A stretch of 64,000 bases of DNA from NCBI GenBank assembly GCA_907165135.1, contig OU015569.1, positions 12,462,001 through 12,526,000 of the forward strand, read 5' to 3'. Within the stretch, counting starts at the first letter, position 1; each line of letters begins with the position of its first letter. Below are positions 24,410-36,073 of this stretch, one piece after another. Below the pieces are notes generated by a model, which was not told the DNA's origin, did not search any database, and saw only the letters and a list, made by a program, of their open reading frames with translations. Origin of the DNA: Oikopleura dioica (Eukaryota > Animalia > Chordata). The position numbers and the translations under genes are program-made.

Positions 24410-25403
24410 CCCGACCATCGGAACACCCTTGTTATCAGGAATTTGCGCGGTAACTCCGCAATTTCCCACCGAGACTCTCAGTTCCTTGCGGAGAAGGGCA
24501 GTCTGGCCTGTCAACCGCTTGGTCTGGCCATTTTGGTCACCCGCCAGATGCAGAGCTCACGAATTCCTCTTTCCCCTATGATTTTCATCTCATTTTAGAA
24601 TTCAAATTTCAAATTTGCTTTGCAAATCCTGATTTGCACAGAAATCCCGGTACGCACATCTTCCCGTTTTGCCCACAATGGGCAATCAAGGAAAATGGGC
24701 AAAACGGGATGTGGGTAAACCGGGAAAATGGGCAATCCAGGCGCTGCCAGTACTATGTCCATTGTAAATGTCATTAAAGTTTTCTACATATATTGAAAAT
24801 TCGAAATAAATCTCTGATCAACGTTTGTTCCTTTGAAATCAACAAGGACACCGCCTTGGTCGATAGAATGCTAACTTTGGAATTTGACAGTCAACGGCAC
24901 CCAAATATCAAGCTCCTTTCGCTCGAGTTCAGTCTTGACTGAGTTCCAAAAATCGTGATGATTTGAAGCAAAGTCAGCGGTGATACTGGCCAGCTAGAGT
25001 AGTAAAGAAGAGTGGGTGAACTTTTAAACGCGCTGGAGAATAAGGTCACTTTGCGAGTCTATTTATTCCGTTTATTTTTGGCGATTCTGCTGATGCTGCG
25101 AGTGATCAATTTTTTGCATGCTGAGATAATTTGTTTTTGCTTTCGACCGCGGAGCCACGGCCAAGTTATCCCAAAATAAAACACTGAGCGCAACGCCGCT
25201 CTTCTAGCAAAGATCAGCACAACTTTCAGCAACAGCTTTATTTTTTCAGTTTTTCAAATCGCAAATTTTTTGTTCGATCAGTACAAATCTTCAGTGCAAT
25301 TCTTCAGTTGCAAGCTTTGCCGAAGCTCTCGAGCAGTCCGGGCTCTAGAAATACACAGTTACAGTAAGAAGAATAGTCTTTTTGAAACAGTCAGTGCTAG
25401 AGG

Positions 25404-25530
25404 CTGGGTTCAGAAACCTGTGTAGAAAACCTGAGTCAGGGTCCCAAAAGAGGTGTAGTTCCCGTTTTTGTTAAAAAAAACTGCTACGTGGACCCTGACT
25501 CAGGGTTTTTTCACAGGTTTTTGATCCCAG
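25404..25530. mobile_element. MITE family A copy
   Basis: ctgggttcagaaacctgtgtagaaaacctgagtcagggtcc ... ggaccctgactcagggttttttcacaggtttttgatcccag. Confidence 0.75.
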
Positions 25531-27067
25531 GCTGAGTAAATGGGTCGAAAATTTTAGAAATTTCCACTTTTTCCCGCAATAAGGATATCCAACTTGCCAC
25601 CCTTGACTGTACAGTTATAGTAGCACAGTAAAATCGACTTACTTTTGTATGGATTGTGAGTTGGCTTGTTCAACAAATAGTCGTCGTTCATGTTTACCAG
25701 TACTGAAACAAGGGATTTTCTACTAGCAGGTATTTCTAATTTTGTGTCTTTAGTAGAATGAATCCCTTAACAAAATCTCTCAGTTCCGTGGCGCTATCTC
25801 CAAATGACTGGCCTTGTAACTCACTCTCTGGTCCGGAACTCTCCATTTTTCTTTGTTTTATTTCTTCTCTGTCTTTCGACTTGTGGCTCAGGAGCACTAG
25901 AAATGAATTGTTATTGAATTCGATTAGGAAGCCCTTGGGCCGGTCTTTGCCCATTAAAAATGTCTCTGCTCAGCATACATTTTTTTTATCTTGTCTGGAA
26001 AGAAGAGAGAGAGGAGAGAATGAGATTGAACAGGGCTTGTTTGAGAAAAAGCAAACTTGACCTCGCTGAGGTCATAAAAAAGGCACGCTGATTCGCCTCC
26101 GGTATAAACTCTGCCTGAGAGTCTCTTAAAAACGCGCTTACGAGCTCGCAAATCGGGAATCTCTTAAATGAAAAAATTTCTCACCGGAATTCGTCGTTGA
26201 AAAAAGCAACCTGAAATTTTGAAATTTTGAAATTTCGTCGTTCAAAAATTCGCCAATTCCTACTTTTTGAATAAATATTTCAAAAGGAAGCTGCTCCTCT
26301 TTTCTTTTCTCGTTGGTGGCGTTTTATTTTGCCGTATTCAATCCGGCACGGTTGGCTTCTCAGCTGGAACAGTTTCATTTTTCACCCGCAAAGGAGAATA
26401 TTACTTTTAATATGCCTTGAAATTCAGGTCGGAAAAATAATCGATCCAAAGAAATTTCTTTTTGATTTCCGTTAAATAACGGATTTTTAACGTAGACCTG
26501 ACCAATCAGGGAGATGCCTCTGTAAGAAAAAAGAGGGTTGTAAATAACCGAGTCTTCTTTTTCTACAGAGGTTTCCTTCGATAACGAATTTTCCATCTTG
26601 TCCCTGATTGGTCCGCTTTGATGAAAGTAAGCAACATTCAACAACTTGATGAAAAACCTAATTTTATTGAAAAAAATAAGTTGATAGAATTACCAGATTC
26701 TACGATTTCCCTCATTTTTTAACAAAAAGGAAGTACCTGTGGGTTGAAAATTAGTCGTCTTGAACTTCTCAAAAATATAAAAACACGCTCTTGTTTAAAA
26801 AGAAACTGTATGGGTGTAAATGGCCCGTTCGAAAATGTCAAAAATATGCGAAAGAGCCAAGCTGAGCTGGTCGATAATGATGAGACACTTTTGCGCAGTG
26901 CCCCGGGCCGCAGCTCATCGTCCTCCTGCGTTTTTATTTGCGGATATGCGGTTGCCGATCATATTTTTAAATATCCGATACTTGCTATCTCGAAAGAAAA
27001 AGAGCCCGGGATAATCCTAAGCATAATACACTGTAGCGGCATCGGACTAAAATCAGTCTTTTCTGGT

Positions 27068-27205
27068 CTTGGTTCGGCAACCTGCCTATAAACCTGAGTC
27101 AGGGTTGAAACAGCTGAAACAGCTCTAGTTTTCAACGAAAGCCACTACTCTTACTAAAAATTTCAGTACCTGACTCAGGTTTTTAACACTGATTGCCGAG
27201 CCTAG
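27068..27205. mobile_element. MITE family A copy (diverged)
   Basis: cttggttcggcaacctgcctataaacctgagtcaggg ... cctgactcaggtttttaacactgattgccgagcctag. Confidence 0.7.
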
Positions 27206-28025
27206 CGCAGTGGCATCTGTTTTTTCATGTTGAATAACAAAGGGACACCCTTATTTTTCATACGAAAGCAAAGATTGAGTTTTCTGACTTAAAAATTTTA
27301 AGGGTATACACATCGAAAACTAAAAATAAAGGATCGAGCCTTATTTTCATATGTTAAAATAAGGGTGTCTCTTTGTTAATTCTAGCAGAAAAGACAGGAG
27401 CGTCCCTAAAGCTTCGTCCACTTTTTCCATGTATTTCATTATTTGTGGCTTTGCATTTTCGTGGTCTGTGATCATTTTTTCCGATACTCTCTTCTTCGAT
27501 CCCTGGATTATCCAGATGCCAATTGCGAAAAACTGACTATTCTTAATTAAATATGCATCGCAACAGTTTGCGATCAATTGATGAAGATAAAAGATGAAGA
27601 GCGACAAAAATATGAGGGATTTTCAACCCAATCAGCTCTGTTTGGATTTTGGTGAGTTGATTCTAGAACAAAGTGTGTCCTTTGTTTCCTTATGAGTGGT
27701 GTGCATTTGATTATCGAGAGGGCTCAGCGAAAACATGGACCGACAAGGATAGGGTTTAGCAGCTTCTTTTCAAGCAGACAGAGCAGACAGTAGTTAGAAA
27801 AGAACATAGTATAAAATCTAAACCAGGGTGAGTCTCAATAAGGATCTAACCCTAATAAAACAGGAAAATTCAAATCATTTTTCGACTTATTTTTTTTAAA
27901 TTAAAAAAATTGGAATCTATTTGATTTTGTATTTTTTAATTGCTAAGCCTAATAAAAAGCGTAAGCAAAACTTCGAAATCTTAGCCAAGAATAAAAACGG
28001 TATTTGAAATTTTAGAAACGATCAG

Positions 28026-29180
28026 ATTTCTGGTTTTGACTCTGTGACTGAGTTGTCCAGCTCGACGAGCGTTTTGAAGATTCGACAAAGTGAGGAAGTC
28101 GTCCGATTTTCTTCTGTTGCTCCTGCTCCTTCGAAGGTAACGGCGAATTTTTAAAGGCTACAGCGGGATAGTGGGACAACGAATATTTTCATCAATGCCG
28201 CTGATTGGTTACCTTTGTCGCCAGCCTAAAAGGGGAATAACATAGTGACGCCCTTATTAAATTTCCTAGAAAATCGGGTTTTGACTGCCCTGCTAGCTCC
28301 TAAAATAATTCATGGTGATTCTGTTCGGAACCAGTGTAGAAAACCTGAGTCAGGTTCTGAAGAGCAAAGCGGCTTCCCATCTAAGCCCTCAAAACCTGAC
28401 TCAGGGTCCAAGCAGATTTCCGAGCCCAATGGCGAGTACCGTTAATCCCTAACCCTATCTTGTCAGGACTTTTTGACGATGACCGTCCACGGGAACGAAG
28501 ACGAGTACCACTGCATTTTGGACGTGGTCCCCATCTCGGCTACCAACATCACTCGACGTAGCTCAAACTGTATCTTGCCGTCTACTTCCGTCTCTACGTA
28601 AGTCACCTCAAATCGCGCAGATTCTCTTCTGACGCTTAATCCGCTGAATAAAAAGTACTTCAGATTTACAGGATATGATGAGATGTAAACAGATCATCTG
28701 AGTCTCAGATTCTGAGATAATTAAATAATCCTCTTCCGCCATTTCCCAAAGGAGTTTTTTTCTAAAGAATCTTCCATTTTCATATAGAAATCATTTTTAC
28801 TAGAAATCTATGCTCCGTAACCTGAGTATAAATCCTGAGTCAGGGTCTTCAAACCCTGACTCAGGATTGTTACATAGGCTATCAAACATATGTTTCTGAG
28901 TCGAGAACCTGTGTAAGAACCTGAGTCACGGACCTGAGTCAGAGCTGACAAAACTGCCTAGCCCTGACTCAGGTTTTTGCACAGGTTGTCGACTCCAAAT
29001 ACGTATCATGAACTTCCTTTTTCGACTTAATTTTCAGCGTCTTCAAATTAGAAATTAAGCATTTTTCTTGTAGCATCGACAACGTACGCGCCTCAAAGGC
29101 TACTCGAGATGACATCTGCCGAATTTTCGGCGAAGACGCTCTGGCTAAGGTCTTGGCTTTGTCTCCCGAAAGCGAATGAA
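28026..29180 (+). CDS. Possible multi-exon hypothetical gene (internal and last exons)
   Basis: Exon-like blocks 28026-28136, 28467-28597 and a phase-compatible last exon at 28664-28688 or 29074-29180; start not resolved. Confidence 0.35.
28818..28990. repeat. Cluster of MITE A arm fragments (multiple CCTGAGTCA/TGACTCAGG)
   Basis: At least five cctgagtca/cctgactcagg cores within 170 bp. Confidence 0.7.
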
Positions 29181-29329
29181 CAGAAGGCAACAACTCTCTA
29201 AAATCAACAGATCAACAATCAACTCTCTAATGTCTATATTTATTATCTAATAAAAATAATAACCACCAAGCAACGAAAAAACTCGTGTGACTGAAAGCTG
29301 AAATCAATCGGTTTTCTGGGCACACATCC

Positions 29330-29660
29330 TTATTTCAAGCCTTTTTCTTTCAGGGTTGACATTATATTAGTGATACCCATATTTTTCATAGTAATAATGA
29401 ATCTGAGCTTATATCGAGTGATATAACCCAAAATTAAGGGTGTAGAGTACGTTAAATTGGAGTTATACTGGGGAGATAATTTTCGATAGGATAACATTAT
29501 GAGACCCTTATTTCTTAATACGAAAATGAGGTTTTTATTTTCAGTTATTTCTTTTTTAAGGGAATCAAAAATTAAGGGTATCACCATCTTTATTTCAAAG
29601 GGATGACGTAGATAGAGGTTCATACACCTTTATTTGTCCAAACTTAAGGATGTCACTTCG
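29330..29660. repeat. Degenerate copies of repeat family B (AATAAGGGTG / CACCCTTATT)
   Basis: Repeated atccttattt, acccttattt, attaagggtg and aagggtatcacc motifs. Confidence 0.55.
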
Positions 29661-31328
29661 TTAAATTTCGACAAAAATGAAAAAGAAAGATGGACCTAGC
29701 TCTAAGTTTTCGCTTTTGTCTTCCATGATTTCAAGATTTCTTGGTCGAGTTACCTATTGAGGAGAGATACGGTATTTCGGGAATTAGGAAGAGTTGGGGT
29801 CTACAGTACTTGAGCGCGCTACTTCCAGGAAGGGATTACCAATTATGTGACTTTGGTTATATCTGCAGCGCGCTTCCCATTGGCGAAAGCATGAAAGTGG
29901 AGTACATGGCGGTGCAGTAGTACCGCGGTATGGTGCTGTGGCGCAATTTGGTGGAGTAACGTGGGTTCGGTAGCGTCTAAATGATCGTTCACTTCTTAGA
30001 GTAGCTGGTGGTGGCGAACGTGAATTCTTCAATTCAAGAAGCGTCGCTACCGCACACCTGCAGCACAATACATACACCGCTCCACCACCGACTAGGGTGC
30101 TCCCGCTCAAATCGCCAATACGAGAAAAAACTTTCAGAAGGCGTTTATTTTTACCACTCGGATTGAAAAAACAGCGAGTTTGACCTTTTGCCAGTGCAAA
30201 TTTGAAATTGCGAACTTTTCGAAAACAACTTTGTCGTAAATGATAAAAAATAGTGGCCGATAAAAATAGTTTTGCGAATAATTTTTGATAAAGAAACTGC
30301 CTCGATTGATAACCCTAACTAAGGTTAACTTTTCTCCCTAATTTTTCGTAAGATTTGCCCTTATCTTTCTTAAGATATTATTTTAAGGGTGTCACTATAC
30401 TAACTATCGATACAGTGAAATATCCAAAAACGCGTACCCCCTTCCTAACTTTTTCATTTCTAGTGACGGTTTTTCAAAACTTAAATTTATTCGCTTAGTT
30501 TGTATTCAGAAAAGATCCAAATCAGCACTAGAATCCCAGTTTCCTCATTCTTGTAACTTGAATTACTGTTCTTTTAATTCAAAATTAAGCGAAAAACAGT
30601 TTTAATTTCATTTTATTATCAACCTCTTTTTTAGCAAATGATGATTTTAGCAATAGTTTTTCGAAAAAGTAGCGTTAAAAATTTTCTCCCACAGTGAGAC
30701 TTTTTTTATTCAAATAAAAATACAACGATATTCTGTCGACTTCTACTTCCAACGAGTACAAGTTAAGGGTGTAGCCCTAAACAAGGCTCAATTTCGCATC
30801 AGGCTCTTTTGCCAAAAGTTAAGATAGGTACACCCTTATTTTTTCTCATTTACAGAAAGTCAGTGTTTTTACTATTTCTCTTCAAAGTCCAAAAGAAGAT
30901 GTGATTCTGTACGTAACTATAAGGTAGAAGATATAAAAAGAGTTATTTTTTGCCCGAATGAGGTGGAGGTACAGAATCAGAAGAAACCCAACCGCCCGGT
31001 CAGCCTGGCACTCCCTAGCTCGGCGGGGACCAGACTTGAGAGGGTCGGACGGTACAGCACCGCGGCGCTAGCTTATGCAACGCACAGATGAGCTTACGTG
31101 CACAAGGCCACCCGTAGTCACCCGATCATCGCCAAAGAAAACACAACATTAAAAAGAACGAGCAGAATCCACTGAAAACACTTTTTGGTAAACGTGACGA
31201 ATTTTCAGATTTTCGATTTTTCAGAAACTTTATTTTTTGAAATTTCAAAAGAAAATTTCTCGAGTTTTTAGTAAAGAATTTTTATACGGGCTTTCCATTC
31301 TTTCTTTCCTTCTTTCCTCTATCACGAG

Positions 31329-31438
31329 CTGGGCTCGGCAGCCTGTGTAGAAAACCTGAGTCAGGGTCTGAAAGCGGCTTTTCGTTTCAGCTCTTTCAGA
31401 CCCTGACTCAGGTTTTCAACACAGGCTGCCGAGCCCAG
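31329..31438. mobile_element. MITE family A, best copy: 110 bp with a perfect 8-bp TSD
   Basis: atcacgag|ctgggctcggcagcctgtgtagaaaacctgagtcagggtctgaaag ... ctttcagaccctgactcaggttttcaacacaggctgccgagcccag|atcacgag. Confidence 0.9.
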
Positions 31439-31852
31439 ATCACGAGGCCAAGGTGGTCTAAAACAGCAAGAGAGTGTAGCTCCATCAATCGAATTTGTCT
31501 GTTTATGAGGCAAAATGTCAACGGATTTCCGTTAAATCTCCATTATTCGTTGACAAGGCAAATGTCCCACCAAATGATTTTTTGCCAAATGAGTACATTT
31601 TTTAAATCACAAAAATCGTGTCTCACGTGACTGTATACAACTGTCGTTCATGCTCACACAGTGGGACACAGTAGAAAAAAAAACAGGAAAGGGCCAAATC
31701 CACGGCCAGCTGGGTTCGCAGAAGCAGCTCTAAATAGATTTCCGGTTGAGCGGCCTTGACTGACTTTATGACAGCTTTCCGGAATTTCGACGAGTGAAAT
31801 TTGCAATTTGAAAGTTTCAAATGGAAATATCAATTTCCGAAAGTTTGAAACT

Positions 31853-32135
31853 GAGCTCGACAACCTGTGAAGAAAACCTGAGTCAGGATCCTGAAAGCCG
31901 CGAAGTTCTTTCAGGATCCTAATTCAGGTTTTTCTACTCAGGTTGCCGAGTCAGGAACCTGAGTCAGGATCCTAAAAGCGCATAGGTCTCTAAAGACCCT
32001 GACTCAGGTTTTTCTACACAGGTTACTGAGCCTGGCTCGGCAGCCAATGCAGAAAACCTGAGTCAGGATTCGGAAAAGAGCTGAGTAGCTCTTTAAAGAC
32101 CCTGACTCAGGTTTCTACACAGGTGGCCGAACCCA
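31853..32135. mobile_element. Three head-to-tail MITE A copies
   Basis: Three successive aacctgagtcagg...cctgactcagg palindromic units with shared or truncated ends. Confidence 0.8.
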
Positions 32136-32547
32136 GCTCTGAAAGTTCCAAAACAGCAACTCTGACTCTTCTGGTCTATTTTCTATTTACATACCGACAT
32201 AACGAAAACGGCGGCTTTTACAAAATAATCTTTGTTTTGAAACAACGCATTTTCTCCAATTTTAAATTGAGAATTATTCAATTTAAAAACTAGAAGCAAA
32301 AAAAGGGCATTTGGTTATGCATTTGATAAAATGAAATAAAAGTTGGGCAGTTTTTGAAACATCATTTGCGCAATTGACAAAACAGTTGATTCTAGCGTTC
32401 GTGCCTCATTGTCGATATATAAATACATCTTGTTGAAAATATTATTTTAAGGGGCCAGGCACCTTAAGACGCATTTTCAGAAGAATACACATTAGGGCGA
32501 CTGGCCCTTAAAAAACCTTTTCTCCAGTAAGATTTAAGGGGGTAGAA

Positions 32548-32663
32548 CTGGGCTTGGCAACCTGTGTAGAAACCTGAGTCAGGGTCCGGAAAAGGCTTAA
32601 ATAAAAGACGTGGAGATCTTTTAGGACCCTGACTCAGGTTTCTACGCAGGTTCCTGAGCCCAA
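32548..32663. mobile_element. MITE family A copy
   Basis: ctgggcttggcaacctgtgtagaaacctgagtcagggtcc...ggaccctgactcaggtttctacgcaggttcctgagcccaa; flanks gggtagaa / cactagaa. Confidence 0.75.
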
Positions 32664-33189
32664 CACTAGAAGACACTAATTTCATTAAATTGATGAAGCA
32701 AAATAAGGGTGCAACTATGAAAACTTTACCAAAAAAAGAACGAAGAAAAATCCTTGTTTTTCGGGAGATACCCCTTAAAACGAGCACCTGAAGAGTCTGA
32801 AAACAGGTGTCTTTTATTAACATTTGGCGAACAACAAGTGCTCCGGTAATATTTTCTGCTGATTAATTTTAAGGCGCGAGGCAATGTAAATATAATTTTT
32901 GATGAGCTCGAGTGAGCGGCCACGTTGAGCATGTTGAACAAAATTAATGTTTGAGTAGGGCCAGCTACTGCTCAGTCAAAAATTCATCTCAGCTGCTTGA
33001 ATAGCTAAATTTTAAGTTTGTCTGAACGTGGCGAGCGCATCTATAATGCAGCCAGTACCCACCCGCCGACTCGTTCATTTTTCACGAGTCCGCGACGATC
33101 ATTTAAAAAATAGAACAAAAAAGATGCGAATCAAATCAAATTCTAGCAATCATGGCTATTTTTGCTAGGAAACTTGATGTTCTGGCGTA

Positions 33190-33634
33190 AATAAGGGTTT
33201 CGGCTTTTCATTGGTAAATAAAATAAGGGTGTCACTATGTTAACTTTCAAAGAAAAATCTTACTTTTCAAAAGAATTTTTGTTTTGAAAATATGACATAA
33301 CTGGGTTTTTCTTTCAAAGTTAACATAGTGATACCCTTATTTTATTTTATCGATAGATAAGTGAAACCCTTATTTATCTTCTCAAATTTAAAGCAATCAT
33401 GCTCATTTCTGCTCGAAAACCTGAATTTGTTAACTAAATAAGGGTTTCAGTTTTTTATTTGTAAAATAAAATAAGGGTGCCACTATGTTAACTTTCAAAG
33501 AAAAATCTTAATAAATAATTTTTTTCTTTTGAGAAAAAAGTTACATATAGGCGAAAAAGTGGGTGTTTCTTTGATAGTTAACATAGTGACACCCTTATTT
33601 CATTTTATCGATAGAAAAGTGAAACCCTTATTTA
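33190..33634. mobile_element. Two tandem palindromic MITEs of family B, about 190 bp each
   Basis: aaataagggtttc..aaaataagggtgtcactatgttaactttcaaagaaaaa ... tttcaaagttaacatagtgatacccttatt..gaaacccttattt, occurring twice. Confidence 0.75.
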
Positions 33635-34908
33635 GCGTCTAAGTGAGCAAGAATTTAAATTTTTTAAAGAAATCCTAGAATTTTTCCTAGAATTCTTTTG
33701 AAACAACAGAAGCACCTCACTGCTTGTATTGGTTTTCAAAGTCAAGTTATCCCCCGAGACGGAAGTGGCCTACTGCTTTTGCCACTGTAGCATGAAAAAA
33801 AACGTCAATCCTTCAAATCGACCCAGATTCAGCCGGAAGCTGAGAAGAATGAAAGCGGCGAACACTGATTCAAGCGCGCGATACATTACCTTCATGGTCA
33901 TTAACTTCCCTTTTTCTTCAATTTCTGATTATCATCATTTGATCATTGCCATAAAAAGTACAGACTTGAAAAGAGCGAGTGCAATAAACTTGAATGCTTC
34001 CCATCAAGTCAGAGTGATTGACTTTCTCAATTTTTTTTACCAGAGGGGCAATAATCGTACATCGAGCAGCGACTGTGAAACGAGCGGTTGTTACCACTGG
34101 GAAGGACGATTCCAGCCCCTGATCGCCGATCGCAAAAGCTGATCTGATCGAAGTCGATTCCCTAATTAACCGTTATTTCCGGCCATTATCAATTAACTGA
34201 CAGGGGAAGAATGGACAGTAATTGGCATATTCTTGATTCAAATTCGTAGCATCTGGAAAAGCAATTGCGAATAAGGGGGTACTCATGAAGCAAGTTTCTT
34301 GGCTTACCCAGGCTGGCTACGGTTTCAGCAACGATGGAGTCTCATTTCTGTACATACACTCTCTTCGAAGATCAATTTACAGTCACTTTTTCTTAGAAAA
34401 CACTTTTTTTCGTCTGGGGCTTTCTTTTTTTACTCCTTTTTTTGACCCCCAAGAGTGGATATATCCATTTTTTGGTCCCTTCAGAATGGTCGTTTTCTTT
34501 TCTTCGAAACACTTTTTCCTCTCTTTCTCCTTTTTGTAATGAGCCCACGTTGCTGAGGTAATCAAAGATGCTGATCTGGAGGTCCTTCGACTCTAACCTG
34601 ACTGTCTCGGGTCTAACTCGATTATCTGGATTTAACCAATAACGCTGGAAAGCTACGCTAATCCCACTATTCGCCCTTTTAACCCAACCGTTCGATTCCT
34701 TCATCAATTTCAATTTGCTGCTGCCAGCGCTGCTGCTTAATCACTTCGTCATGTACTGTCGAATATACTGTCGGATGTGGAGCCAGCACCACGGAACAAT
34801 TCAAATTTCCGCCAAAAAGGCAACCTTCTTTCTTTTTCTTATTCCAAAAAAGTTCATCATCAAAAATCCGAAATTTAGCTCATTTTTTTTGAAGAAAAAC
34901 TGGGGGGC

Positions 34909-35217
34909 GGGCGGCCACGGTACAAAAGTGAAATTTGTACCGCGGGTACAAATTTTGTACCGCGGGTACAAATTTTGTACCGCCGGTACAAAAAATGATG
35001 ATTTTTTTGACAATAAAAAACGATTTTTACCCAAAATAATGCTCATTTTTGGACAGAACTCTACCTTAGCTATACCAATAAGGAGTTTCCTCCAATTCTA
35101 GCGCGAAGCGCACACTTTTTCTCGGATTTTATTTTTAGCTTGTACCGGCGGTACAAAAATTTTTGTACCGGCGGTACAAATTTGTAACGGCGGTACAAAT
35201 TTGTACCGTGGCCGCCC
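34909..35217. mobile_element. MITE with TIRs built from tandem TTTGTACCGCGGGTACAAA palindromes
   Basis: gggcggccacggtacaaa ... tttgtaccgtggccgccc, with 3-4 GTAC palindromic subrepeats at each end. Confidence 0.75.
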
Positions 35218-36073
35218 TACACCCGAAAAACTCCCTTTTTTCCATCATCAATACTTCCATCATCCTTTTTTTTATCGAAGAAATTCTTCAAAAGCTGCTG
35301 AAAACAGAAAAAAATGATGAAAAATCCGGGCTTGGGACTTATTTTCGACTGGTCGTCTAATTCCACGCCGCTACAAACAGCTGTCTTTCGGATAAACTCC
35401 GTTGCTAGAATCGCAGCGAAGAAGAACCCCCTTCTTAGCAAAAATGATCCAACAAAAATGACGATGAAGGAAATTAATTAAAACGTTGATTGGAAAGAAG
35501 ATAGAGCAAGAAATGGCGATGTTTCTTACGGTGGATTTTCAGGGAGAAGGGTCTTATGTGTATAGCACAAGAAGGCTCTTCTTTTGGTCGGCTCGGTTGG
35601 TGTGGTTTGGTGCTGTATCTGGGCGGCGAGGCTCGCTTACCGGGAACACTGCCGCGCGCTCGCGCTGGTGCTAGAACGAGCGCGGCGCTGCTGAGCCCAC
35701 CCCGCCGTGACCATACCCGCCCGTCGCAGCCGCTAAACCCTAAAGTCCGACAAGTAGTCCTTTACGTAAGAAGCAAACAGCAGCTTCTTGAATTTTTATC
35801 TTCACCCTTTTTTTTATACAACTCAAAAAGCAAAAAGCAAACTCAAAGTGAGTCTAAGAGAATCCTTTTACCGAAGAAGCGCTAACAGATAACCGACCCT
35901 ACTAAATCAAAACAGCTGCTACCTGAATTAAATTAAATTCTTGTGCCACCAAAAGTCGATCGAACAGTAAGTTTTATCAGAGATTGCTTTTTTTGATTAT
36001 AGAAGAGAAAAAAAAAGAGTCGGAAGAGATTTGGCCTAACAACTTGAACTAGGAACAGACGAAGCAAGACAGG

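Noticed and set aside
24780-27060. Scattered exon-like segments and short ORFs
   Set aside because: Could not be joined into a consistent frame with confident splice sites.
29720-30110. GC-richer island that might be an ncRNA or solo LTR
   Set aside because: No recognisable tRNA/snRNA/5S/SL motifs, no TG..CA ends with TSD and no second copy in the window.
31853-32135. CRISPR-like array (repeats with unique spacers)
   Set aside because: The units are inverted-repeat MITE arms in a eukaryotic genome with variable spacing; no cas genes.
33729-34800. Possible minus-strand exons (e.g. ORF 34393-34713)
   Set aside because: No start, consistent junctions or recognisable motif; left unannotated.
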